From the NCBI GenBank assembly GCA_034716235.1, contig JAYEHH010000032.1, positions 370 to 64,369 of the forward strand: DNA of 64,000 nt, written 5' to 3'. The notes under the pieces were generated by a model that was not told where the DNA came from, did not search any database, and saw nothing but the letters and a program-made list of their open reading frames with translations. Of the stretch, positions 30,078-38,768 are shown in pieces. The stretch comes from Patescibacteria group bacterium. GTDB taxonomy: Bacteria; Patescibacteriota; Minisyncoccia; CAIUEV01; JAHKAQ01. Every line of letters begins with the position of its first letter. The first letter of the stretch is position 1. The translations under genes and the position numbers were made by a program.

Positions 30078-30482
30078 TTAATTATTTCTTAAATTTTCTT
30101 TAAGTTTTTTAAGAACGGAAGAAATTGATGAATCTATTAAATGATGTCGAAAAATAAGTTTTGTTCCTCCTAGCAACTTGGAATCTTTCTTGGAACTAAC
30201 CAGTATTTGTTGCTGAGGATTTCTTGTTTGAATGATCTTTTCAATTTTTTCCTTTGGATTCAAGCCTGCATATTTTACAAAAGCTTTTAGAGAAAAATTC
30301 TCGTTTGATGAATAGTATTCCTCAACATAATTGATTATAAATTGTAAATTTTTCAACTGATGGTGTTTTCTTAAAAGATCTATAAAATTCCTACTTATTT
30401 TTTCCGTTGCCATTTTTTCTCTAGATGATTCTTCAACTAATTCGCATAAAGCAACAGCATATTTTCTAGCGGTAATGGTCAT
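30078..30482 (-). CDS. atpH: F1 ATP synthase subunit delta (short, 134 aa)
   Basis: Supported by the N-terminal ARKYAVAL, the C-terminal LLGGTKLIFRHHLIDSSI and its operon position between atpF and atpA. Confidence 0.7.
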   Translation of the reverse strand: MTITARKYAVALCELVEESSREKMATEKISRNFIDLLRKHHQLKNLQFIINYVEEYYSSNENFSLKAFVKYAGLNPKEKIEKIIQTRNPQQQILVSSKKDSKLLGGTKLIFRHHLIDSSISSVLKKLKENLRNN

Positions 30483-30988
30483 GAGCCTATTTTATGATTA
30501 ACAGAATCTATTAATTCTTGATCTAGTTTTTTCCGATCAACATCTTGTAAATTTCTTTGAATAACTTTTTCTGACAAAGTTATTACTAGCTCTCCCAATT
30601 CTTTTTTAGCTTCGTCAATTAAACCTTTTCTCTCTTGTTTAACCATTTCCTTGGCCTCTTTTTTAATTTCTTCAGATTCCGCAATAGCTTCTCGTCTTAT
30701 TCTCTCCCTGTCTTTATCCATTTGGATTTTAGTATCTTTAATAATTTGAGTAGCTTCTTTTTCCGATTGAGTAATTTTTTTCTCAATCTCTAAACGTACA
30801 TTTTCCATTCTTTTATTTATGGCATCCGCTTCCCTCAAACTTTTCTTAATTTTCTTTCTTCTTTTTTCCAAAACATTAAGAATTGGTTTATAGAGAAAAT
30901 AGTAAAGGATAGCCAATAAAAGAGAGAAATTAATAATTTGGGCAATAAGAATTTTCCAGTCGATCCCTAATTTTTCTATTAGTTCCAT
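30479..30988 (-). CDS. atpF: Fo ATP synthase subunit b
   Basis: 169 aa. A single N-terminal TM is followed by a long charged helix, and the operon position fits. Confidence 0.8.
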   Translation of the reverse strand: MELIEKLGIDWKILIAQIINFSLLLAILYYFLYKPILNVLEKRRKKIKKSLREADAINKRMENVRLEIEKKITQSEKEATQIIKDTKIQMDKDRERIRREAIAESEEIKKEAKEMVKQERKGLIDEAKKELGELVITLSEKVIQRNLQDVDRKKLDQELIDSVNHKIGS

Positions 30989-31069
30989 ACTTTAAAATAA
31001 TTAAATACAAGCGGTAGTAGCGAGCTCGAAACTCGCTACTACTTAGGATTTTACTTAATTTGTTTTACC

Positions 31070-31321
31070 TTAAACAAATTTAATGATAAGGGCTACCACT
31101 AAAGCGTAAATTGCGATTGCCTCTGCAAAAGCGATAGCTAGAATCATAGCTCCTTGAATTTTAGAAGCTGCCTCAGGATTTCTGCCAATTGCTTTCATAG
31201 CCTGTTGTGCTAAAAATCCAATAGCAATTGATGGGGCAACTCCTCCAAGCGCTATGGCTAGGGCGCTAGCTAGGTCTTTCATCTGAAATCCTGTTTCTAC
31301 TACTTGTTTTGCTTCTTCCAT
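31070..31321 (-). CDS. atpE: Fo ATP synthase subunit c
   Basis: 83 aa. It is a two-TM hairpin with the loop GRNPEA and a carboxylate in helix 2 ([12 protein letters not shown]). Confidence 0.9.
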   Translation of the reverse strand: MEEAKQVVETGFQMKDLASALAIALGGVAPSIAIGFLAQQAMKAIGRNPEAASKIQGAMILAIAFAEAIAIYALVVALIIKFV

Positions 31322-31366
31322 TGTAGCTTAAATTAATAATTATTTATTTAATAATACATCTTATGC

Positions 31367-32110
31367 TTATGCTTGGGAATGAGCCTCAGTGGCCATTTTA
31401 ATAAAGACCAAAGAAAGCATGGTAAATACCAAAGCTTGAATAAAGCCTACAAAAATTTCTAATCCGTAAAAGGGTAAGGGGGCAATATAAGGAGCTAACA
31501 TAGTCATTACTACCAATAAAACTTCTCCGGCGAAAACATTGCCAAAAAGTCGAAAACTGAAAGAAATAATTTTAGCAGTTTCACCAACTATCTCTAAAAT
31601 TCCTACAAAAAAATTAACCGGATTTGAGAAATCAAAGAATTTTTTTAAGTAACTAAAGGTTCCCAGGCTAAACATACCGAATATTTGAGCTAAAAGGACT
31701 GAAATAATTGCCCAGCTTAAAGTGGCATTCAGATCTGAATTGACACTTCGAAAAATTGGCACAAAGACTTCATGGCCATTCTCAATTTCGTTGAAACCAA
31801 TTGAGCCTATCCCCGGTAAAAGTCCAAACCAGTTAGAAATGATTATAAAAATAAAAAGAGTAGCCAATAGAGGAAAATATTTTTTAGTTTTTTTTCTATC
31901 TTGCCAAACTGTATTGAAAAAATTAAAAAGCCCTTCAATAATGAGCTCTAATAAGTTTTGGATACCATGAGGGACTGTTTTTATTTTTCTGGTTCCGAAA
32001 TAAGCCAAGAGGGCTAATAAAATTACCACTATCCAGCTGGTAAGTAAGGTATTGGTTATAGGAAATCCTCCTAACTCAAATAATTTTTCGGCTGATAAAG
32101 AAATATGCAT
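31367..32110 (-). CDS. atpB: Fo ATP synthase subunit a
   Basis: 247 aa polytopic protein. The conserved SFSFRLFGNVFAGE carries the essential Arg. Confidence 0.9.
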   Translation of the reverse strand: MHISLSAEKLFELGGFPITNTLLTSWIVVILLALLAYFGTRKIKTVPHGIQNLLELIIEGLFNFFNTVWQDRKKTKKYFPLLATLFIFIIISNWFGLLPGIGSIGFNEIENGHEVFVPIFRSVNSDLNATLSWAIISVLLAQIFGMFSLGTFSYLKKFFDFSNPVNFFVGILEIVGETAKIISFSFRLFGNVFAGEVLLVVMTMLAPYIAPLPFYGLEIFVGFIQALVFTMLSLVFIKMATEAHSQA

Positions 32111-32195
32111 CGGGCTTGAAGACTAAAAAGTTTTAATAAAAAACCTCGCGTTCTATTTGGCCACGCACTATCGTAAAAATCCTCGTTATTAAAAT

Positions 32196-32435
32196 TTATT
32201 CAAAATATTTTCTAAGTTTTACCACTAAAAAAATGCTTGAAAAGATAATTGCTAAAAGGACTAATAATAAAAGTAAGAACGGTTCTGAATTAAATCTATT
32301 GTCTAACCATCTACCCAGCACTACCGCTCCAACTAATGGTATAACTATAACATAGCCCAAAATAAACGCAACTTCCGAAATTCCTATTTCTCCAAGCTTG
32401 TCTTCCGTTTTCTTTTTATTGTTGGAAATTTTCAT
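32196..32435 (-). CDS. AtpZ/AtpI-like small membrane protein
   Basis: 79 aa with two TMs and GRWLDNRF between them. It is the first gene of the atp cluster. Confidence 0.55.
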   Translation of the reverse strand: MKISNNKKKTEDKLGEIGISEVAFILGYVIVIPLVGAVVLGRWLDNRFNSEPFLLLLLVLLAIIFSSIFLVVKLRKYFE

Positions 32436-32441
32436 TAAAAT

Positions 32442-33440
32442 TTATCCCTTTCTTTGTTTCCACCACACTAACAGTGGCGAAGCTAAAAAAATTGAAGAGT
32501 AAGTTCCAGAAATTATTCCCGCCATTAGAGCCAATACAAAATAGAAAGTACTTTGTCCTCCAAAGAATAAGATACAAGTCAGCACCGCTAAAGTTGTCAT
32601 TGAGGTGTTGATTGAACGCACCAAGGTTTCATTCACGCTTTTATTGACCACTTCACCAAAATTTCTATCGCCACTCTTTAAAACATTTTCTCTAATCCTA
32701 TCAAGAATAACAATAGTGTCATTAACTGAATAGCCCAAAATAGTTAATAGGGCAGCAATAAAAAAGGTGTCTATCTCTACTCCACTAAAGTGTCCTAAAA
32801 CAGCAAATAATCCTAGAGTAATTAAAATATCATGCATTAAGGCAATAATGGCAACAATTCCATAACGAAATGATTCATACTTGTTAATTTGGCTAGAAAC
32901 CCCTCTAAACGCCCAGGCAATGAAAGCAATAATGGCCAACAGAACTATTACTCCAGCCACCTTGGATTTCTCTCGCAATTCTTTACCAATAGAAGGACCA
33001 ATAGAATCAAATTTTACTTCGGCGACTAATTCTTTACCATCTTCAGCTAAATGCTCTTGAACTTCGGCCGTTTTTTCCTTTATTTTTTTTAATGCTTTTT
33101 GATGAGTCTTCTCGTCCATAGCTTTTAATTTCAGAATAACTTCTCTTTCCCCGATTTTTTGAATAGTAACTTTTCCATATTTTTCAGAATTTTCAGTATC
33201 AGTTACTCCTAAAACAGTTTCTTGAGCATTATTCTCTTCAGTATTTGGGCTAAAATCACTCAAGGCTTTCTCTATTTGTTCGTTGGTGAGTCTTTCTTTC
33301 GAAAATTCAAGTCTCATTAAGGATCCTCCAGTAAAATCAACCCCTGGTTTTAATCCCCAAACAATTAAAGCCAAGATACTCAAACCTACTAATATTGAGG
33401 ACAAAGTGAACCAGATCTTATTTTTAGCAATAATATTCAT
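32442..33440 (-). CDS. secF: protein translocase subunit SecF
   Basis: 332 aa. It has GVDFTGGS near the N-terminus and the C-terminal six-TM SecDF core (HDILITLG, YSVNDTIVILDRIRE). Confidence 0.9.
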   Translation of the reverse strand: MNIIAKNKIWFTLSSILVGLSILALIVWGLKPGVDFTGGSLMRLEFSKERLTNEQIEKALSDFSPNTEENNAQETVLGVTDTENSEKYGKVTIQKIGEREVILKLKAMDEKTHQKALKKIKEKTAEVQEHLAEDGKELVAEVKFDSIGPSIGKELREKSKVAGVIVLLAIIAFIAWAFRGVSSQINKYESFRYGIVAIIALMHDILITLGLFAVLGHFSGVEIDTFFIAALLTILGYSVNDTIVILDRIRENVLKSGDRNFGEVVNKSVNETLVRSINTSMTTLAVLTCILFFGGQSTFYFVLALMAGIISGTYSSIFLASPLLVWWKQRKG

Positions 33441-33451
33441 ATTTAATTAAC

Positions 33452-35128
33452 TTATTTTTTGCGCTTAAAACCAATGACCAATTTATCTTTCAAGAATATC
33501 TCTAAAAATTCTAAAATATTTCTAGTAACAAAAACTGCCGTAAACATACTCAAAGTAATTCCAATTCCTAAAGTAATTGCAAAGCCCTTAACCATTCCGG
33601 TACCTAAGCTTGTTAAAACTACACAAGTAATTAGGGTTGATATGTTTCCATCTCTAATGGATGGCCACGCCCTCTTAAAGCCGTTGCTAATCGCTAGCTT
33701 AACGGAACGTCCTTCTTTTAATTCTTCCTTAATGCGTCCAAAAATAAGGATGTTAGCATCCACCGCCATTCCTACCGAAAGAATAAAACCGGCAATGCCC
33801 GAAAGAGTTAAGGTAATTCCTAAAATTTTAAAAACGGCCACGATAGCAACGGCATAAAAACTTAAGGAAATAACCGCTACCAATCCGCAGATTAAATAAA
33901 AAGTTAGCATAAAACCAGAAACTAAGCTTATTCCAAGTAAGCCAGCCGTTAAACTTTTCTTCAAGGAAGATGCTCCTAAGGAAGCTCCTACTTTTTCTTG
34001 GCTAATCAATTCAATTGGAACCGGTAAAGCTCCAGCATTTAATCTTTTAGCCAATTCCTTGGCCTCGGTGATATCTCCAGAACCAGTGATAACCGCTCTT
34101 CCGTCGGCAATAACGGTTTGGACAACTGGAACGGTAATAGGTGCTCCGTCTAGAAAAATAGCTAATCGTTTACCAACATTTCTTTCGGTAATCTCCCTAA
34201 ACATCTTCTTTCCTTCATCATCAAACTGAAGAGAAACTTGAGGCTCTTGAGTATTTTGATTAAAAATAACCGCTGCTTGCTTTAAATTTTTTCCAGTAAG
34301 CGGAGTTAATTTAAATGGCTGAGTAGCAACTTCTTTTTTTGTTTCGTCAACAGTTTTAAATAAAATGTGGCTTATTTTAACTTCTTGCTGGCCATCAATT
34401 TCTCTCTCGTCAGTTTTCTTAAGAAGATGATAGCCAAATTGAGTTTGAACTAGATTTGGCCAAACAGAATCTTTAGTAAAGTCTTTGTTGAAAGCCACTT
34501 CTTCAAATTCGGGTACCATAGCTTCTTTTCCGAAGAATCCTAAATCTCCACCTTGGTCTTTGTTGGCAACATCGGCAGAATTTTCCTGAGCAAGTTTAGC
34601 AAAATCTTCACCGTCTAAAGCTTTCCCCAAAATAGCTTCTGCCTGAGTTTTGCTTTGCTGATTGGTTTCTTTAGCTATTTCTTGTTCTTCTGGAGTTAAT
34701 TGTAGAGCTTCTTCATCATTTTCTTCCCGAAAATCAAGCACAGGGGTTTCGCCTATCATGGCGATAGCTGCCTCAACATTAGTAACCCCTGCCAAATCTA
34801 CAATGATACGATATTCCTCACCAGATTTATTGGTTAAAATTTGAGGTTCAGAAACTCCATAAGCGTTAACCCTTCTTTCAATAACGTCTCGAATACCACT
34901 CAAGCTTTCTGTCAAACTATCCGAAGGAATACTTGACATATCCGCCCGATAAACCAGGTGAGCTCCTCCTTGCAAGTCAAGTCCCAACTTTATTTTTAAT
35001 TCCCTTAAGGTTTGACCGACAGGCTTTCCCAACAAATTAAAATCTGGCATTTTGGGTGAAGCCACGGCTCCAGCAACTAAAGTTAATAGAATTATAGCTA
35101 GAATGTTAAGATAAATTTTTTTATTCAT
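33452..35128 (-). CDS. secD: protein translocase subunit SecD with parvulin-like domain embedded in the periplasmic P1 region
   Basis: 558 aa. SecD motifs are present: LGLDLQGGAHLVY, LNAGALPVPIELISQEKVGASLG, and the TM core with VDANILIFGRIKEE. Residues ~145-260 resemble a PpiC/parvulin rotamase (DFAKLAQENSADV..GGDLGFFGKEAMVPEFEEVAF...VQTQFGYHLLK). Confidence 0.9.
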   Translation of the reverse strand: MNKKIYLNILAIILLTLVAGAVASPKMPDFNLLGKPVGQTLRELKIKLGLDLQGGAHLVYRADMSSIPSDSLTESLSGIRDVIERRVNAYGVSEPQILTNKSGEEYRIIVDLAGVTNVEAAIAMIGETPVLDFREENDEEALQLTPEEQEIAKETNQQSKTQAEAILGKALDGEDFAKLAQENSADVANKDQGGDLGFFGKEAMVPEFEEVAFNKDFTKDSVWPNLVQTQFGYHLLKKTDEREIDGQQEVKISHILFKTVDETKKEVATQPFKLTPLTGKNLKQAAVIFNQNTQEPQVSLQFDDEGKKMFREITERNVGKRLAIFLDGAPITVPVVQTVIADGRAVITGSGDITEAKELAKRLNAGALPVPIELISQEKVGASLGASSLKKSLTAGLLGISLVSGFMLTFYLICGLVAVISLSFYAVAIVAVFKILGITLTLSGIAGFILSVGMAVDANILIFGRIKEELKEGRSVKLAISNGFKRAWPSIRDGNISTLITCVVLTSLGTGMVKGFAITLGIGITLSMFTAVFVTRNILEFLEIFLKDKLVIGFKRKK

Positions 35129-35131
35129 ACT

Positions 35132-37948
35132 TTATACTTTCTTTCCACAACACTTTTTATACTTTTTACCACTGCCACAGGGGCAAGGGTCATTCCGACC
35201 AATTTTTTCAGCTTCCCTGATTGGGATAGCCGTTGTTTCCTCCGCCTCAGCAGAGCTTCCTGCGGATTCCTTAACTTCATTGTTTTTAAAAAATCCACTG
35301 CGGTTGGCATCTGCTCCTTTTAATTGGAGATTAGTGGGCATTTTACTTTCTTTTCCCAAGACTGGTTTAGACTCTGCTTTGTCTTGAACCCCCTCATTGC
35401 CCTCTTGGCTCTTAGACGCAATTTGAATTTTAAAGAGGGTCTCTACTGTATTTAGGCGAATATTTCCTAAAAAATTCTGAAACATATCAAAACCTTCTTT
35501 CTTATATTCTACCAGTGGATCTCGTTGACCGTAGCCCCGCAATCCGACTCCCTCTCTTAAATATTGCATATTATCTAAATGTTCCATCCATAAAGTATCG
35601 GAAGTTCTTAGCATAACTGCTCTTTCTAATTTTCTCAAGGCGTCGGATCCAATTACAGCTTCCTTGGCTTGATAAACCTTAAGAGCATAGTTAATAATTT
35701 CCTTCTTAAGTTGCTCTTGCTTCTCCTTAATATCTATTTGCTGATCTTTGACAATTTTCTCTAATTTTTCTTTCAAGGTTTTTCCAGCAGTAAAAAGCGA
35801 TTGACAATATTCAAAAATCTCCTGAAGATTCCAATTCTTTGCATCTTCTGCTCGAGTATGAAAAGAAACAAAATCACCAACCACTTTTTCCATTGTGTTC
35901 AGTAGCTCATTTTTTTCAACAAGCCCTAAAAGGTTGCGCCGTCTTTTTTGATAAATAGTTTCTCGTTGATGATTGATTACATCATCGTATTCTAGGACAT
36001 GTTTTCTAATATCAAAATTAAAGCCTTCAATTTTCTTTTGAGCTGATTCAATAGAACGACTAATGAGTTTATTTTCAATGGGCTGATCTTCTGGTAAGCC
36101 TAAGGTGTCCATAATTTTTTTAATCTTTTCCGAACCAAATCGCTCCATTAATTCGTCTTCTAGGGAAACATAAAACTGAGAACTACCTGGGTCTCCCTGT
36201 CTTCCAGAACGACCTCTAAGCTGATTATCAATGCGCCGAGCTTCGTGGCGTTCAGTGCCAATAATATGCAGACCTCCTGCTTTCACTACTCCTTTTCCCA
36301 ATTTAATATCGGTTCCTCTTCCAGCCATATTGGTAGCAATGGTTACCACTCCAGATCTTCCCGCCCGAGTAATAATTTGAGCTTCTCTTTCGTGATTTTT
36401 AGCGTTTAAAATTTCATATTCAACACCTTCCCGGTCTAGATATTTGGATAGGGTTTCTGATTTATCTACCGAAATGGTCCCTACTAAAACTGGTTGCTTC
36501 TGCTGATGCCTAGCTTTAATGTCTGCCACTATAGCATTAAATTTTCCAGCTTCATTTTTGTAAATCTTGTCTGGATAATTAATTCTAATCATTTTCTGGT
36601 GAGTGGGGATGCTCAAAACATCTAATTTATAAACTTTAGAAAATTCTTCCGCCGAAGTAAGAGCAGTACCGGTCATACCGGATAGTTTTTTATAAAGACG
36701 GAAATAATTCTGAAAAGTAATGGTTGCCAGAGTTCGGCTTTCCCGTTGTACTTTAACACCCTCCTTAGCCTCTAAAGCTTGATGGAGCCCCTCAGAAAAG
36801 CGACGACCAGGCATTAATCTTCCCGTAAAGTCATCCACAATCATCACTTCTCCATCTCTTACTACATACTGTTTGTCTTTTTTGAAAATAGCATGGGCCT
36901 TTAAGGCCTGATGTAGATGATGCACGTAACGCATCTGCCCAGATAAATAAAGATTATCAATCCCTAGAATCTTTTCCACCTTACTAATTCCTTTATCGGT
37001 TAAAGTAACCGCCTGCATTTTTTCATCAATATTGTAATCTTTATCTAAAATCAATTTAGGAACAACTTTCGCAAATTTTAAATAAAGCTTGGTAGATTCT
37101 GCATCAGGAGCAGAAATGATAAGCGGAGTTCTAGATTCATCAATCAAGATATTATCAACTTCGTCCACCACGGCAAAATTAAGATAATCCTTTCGAAACA
37201 TCTTGGTTTGGTCTTGATCTTTATTTTCTTGCCCTTGTTTTTTCTTTTCCTCTTTAGCTAGAGCTTTAAGATCTCTAATTTGAACCGTTTGCTCAAGACT
37301 AGGTGCCATATTGTCACGCAAATAATCAAAACCGAATTCATTATTGGTTCCATAAGTAATATCAGCACGATAAGCTTCTTGCCGAGTAACTGGTCGGAGA
37401 TTTTCATATTCAATGCTAGCCTCATCGGTATCTGAAGCTACTTCTTGATCGTAAAAGTAAGCCGTATCATGCTGAACACAGCCCACCGAAAGTCCTAGAA
37501 AACTATAAACGGTTCCCATCCAATTGGTATCTCTGCGAGCTAAATAATCATTAACCGTGATAATGTGAACCCCTTTTCCTTCAAGGGCGTTAAGATAAAC
37601 TGCGAAAGTAGCCGCTAAAGTTTTTCCTTCACCGGTCTTCATTTCAGCAATTTTTCCTTGATGCAGAGCAATACCTCCAAGTAGCTGAGTATCGTAAGCC
37701 CGTTGTCCAATGGTTCTCTTACCAGCTTCTCGGCAAACCGCAAAAGCTTCTGGCAAAAGTTTATTTAGTGACTCTCCCTGTTTAATCCTTTGCTTGAATT
37801 CGGAAGTTTTTTCTTTAATCTGTTCGTCGGATAGTTGCTTAAACTGTTTTTCCCATTCATTTATTTTGACAATCCAAGGCTGAATTTTTTTTAACTCCTT
37901 GGTATTGGGGTCACCAAAAACGCTGGATATTTTAGATAAAAAACTCAT
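35132..37948 (-). CDS. secA: preprotein translocase ATPase SecA
   Basis: 938 aa. It has the DEAD-like motor (MKTGEGKTL, VDEVDNILIDESRTPLIIS) and a C-terminal zinc motif CPCGSGKKYKKCCG. Confidence 0.95.
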   Translation of the reverse strand: MSFLSKISSVFGDPNTKELKKIQPWIVKINEWEKQFKQLSDEQIKEKTSEFKQRIKQGESLNKLLPEAFAVCREAGKRTIGQRAYDTQLLGGIALHQGKIAEMKTGEGKTLAATFAVYLNALEGKGVHIITVNDYLARRDTNWMGTVYSFLGLSVGCVQHDTAYFYDQEVASDTDEASIEYENLRPVTRQEAYRADITYGTNNEFGFDYLRDNMAPSLEQTVQIRDLKALAKEEKKKQGQENKDQDQTKMFRKDYLNFAVVDEVDNILIDESRTPLIISAPDAESTKLYLKFAKVVPKLILDKDYNIDEKMQAVTLTDKGISKVEKILGIDNLYLSGQMRYVHHLHQALKAHAIFKKDKQYVVRDGEVMIVDDFTGRLMPGRRFSEGLHQALEAKEGVKVQRESRTLATITFQNYFRLYKKLSGMTGTALTSAEEFSKVYKLDVLSIPTHQKMIRINYPDKIYKNEAGKFNAIVADIKARHQQKQPVLVGTISVDKSETLSKYLDREGVEYEILNAKNHEREAQIITRAGRSGVVTIATNMAGRGTDIKLGKGVVKAGGLHIIGTERHEARRIDNQLRGRSGRQGDPGSSQFYVSLEDELMERFGSEKIKKIMDTLGLPEDQPIENKLISRSIESAQKKIEGFNFDIRKHVLEYDDVINHQRETIYQKRRRNLLGLVEKNELLNTMEKVVGDFVSFHTRAEDAKNWNLQEIFEYCQSLFTAGKTLKEKLEKIVKDQQIDIKEKQEQLKKEIINYALKVYQAKEAVIGSDALRKLERAVMLRTSDTLWMEHLDNMQYLREGVGLRGYGQRDPLVEYKKEGFDMFQNFLGNIRLNTVETLFKIQIASKSQEGNEGVQDKAESKPVLGKESKMPTNLQLKGADANRSGFFKNNEVKESAGSSAEAEETTAIPIREAEKIGRNDPCPCGSGKKYKKCCGKKV

Positions 37949-37987
37949 AATTAAAATCAGTTACTGGTCAATCTTCCAGATTATTAA

Positions 37988-38341
37988 TTAAAACCTAGCT
38001 CCTTCGTCGATAGAAAACTTTTTCTTAATACTAATGGCTCCCCTTCTTTCAATGGTTTGACGCTTCTCTTTCTTTCTTCTGATTTGATCACTTAATCCGT
38101 CACGCGCTAAATCAAAAGCTGCCTTGATTGTTTTAGCCTTAGCGTCTCCAATGTAACGGGAGCCAGGGACTCTAAGCTGAATCTCTACTCGATAAATTCC
38201 TCTTTTATCTTTTTCAATCTCCATTTCAATACTTACCGTTTGATTTTTAAAATACTTTTGCAACTTTGCAATCCTTACTCGGATATAATGTTTAACTTTT
38301 TCCTTCACCTTCAATCCATTTAGATAGAATTTAACTTTCAT
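37988..38341 (-). CDS. hpf: ribosome hibernation promoting factor / RaiA family (short form)
   Basis: 117 aa. The beta-alpha-beta-beta-beta-alpha pattern (YIRVRIAKLQKYF..VSIEMEIEKDK..YRVEIQLRVPG..AAFDLARDGL..QIRRKKEK) is typical of HPF/YfiA. Confidence 0.75.
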   Translation of the reverse strand: MKVKFYLNGLKVKEKVKHYIRVRIAKLQKYFKNQTVSIEMEIEKDKRGIYRVEIQLRVPGSRYIGDAKAKTIKAAFDLARDGLSDQIRRKKEKRQTIERRGAISIKKKFSIDEGARF

Positions 38342-38515
38342 AGTTTTTTTGATTTAAACTTAAAATTAAAATTGAATTCCATTTTTATACTATTACAATA
38401 AAAATTTATTTACAAATAAAATAACAACTTTCATTCCCGCTTTTTTAAATTAGGGTTACCTTCTTTGTAAAAATCCTCTAAACTTATTAGAAAGATTGTC
38501 GAATATGACTTAAGA

Positions 38516-38665
38516 GACCCGCCTAAACTAGCAGGGATTCTGAGCAAATTTAAAAGACTCGAACATAATTGGTCATTCCCGTCTCCGCGGGAATGACATA
38601 TCTTAAGGTTTTTTCTAGATATACCAAGATTCCTGTCGAAATTTATCTTATACTTGATGTGGGGA
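38516..38665. repeat. degenerate, rearranged copy of the GC-rich mosaic repeat family
   Basis: It contains agcagggattctgagcaaatttaaaaga (cf. agcgggaatcccgagcaaatttagaaga at ~1119), the hairpin ggtcattcccgtctccgcgggaatgac (38571-38597), ttctagatataccaagattcc (cf. gtctagacgtaccgggattcc) and atttatcttatacttgatgtgggg (reverse complement of ccccgtatcaagtacgggataaa). Confidence 0.55.
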
Positions 38666-38730
38666 AGGAAAAAACATGCTGTAATAAAACTTTTTTAAAT
38701 TTCCAGAAAAATAAGCTCTACCACTAATTT

Positions 38731-38759
38731 TTGAAAAATGATAACTTTTATGTTATAAT
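38731..38759 (+). promoter_or_regulatory. putative uvrA promoter TTGAAA-17nt-TATAAT, giving a near-leaderless transcript
   Basis: The sequence reads ttTTGAAAaatgataacttttatgtTATAATaaccaagttATG. The -10 element ends 9 nt before the ATG at 38769, and no SD is present. Confidence 0.4.
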
Positions 38760-38768
38760 AACCAAGTT

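Noticed and set aside
35125-35310. 61-aa ORF on the minus strand.
   Set aside because: It overlaps the 3' end of secA in another frame and spans the secA/secD junction. SecA's conserved C-terminal zinc motif occupies this DNA.
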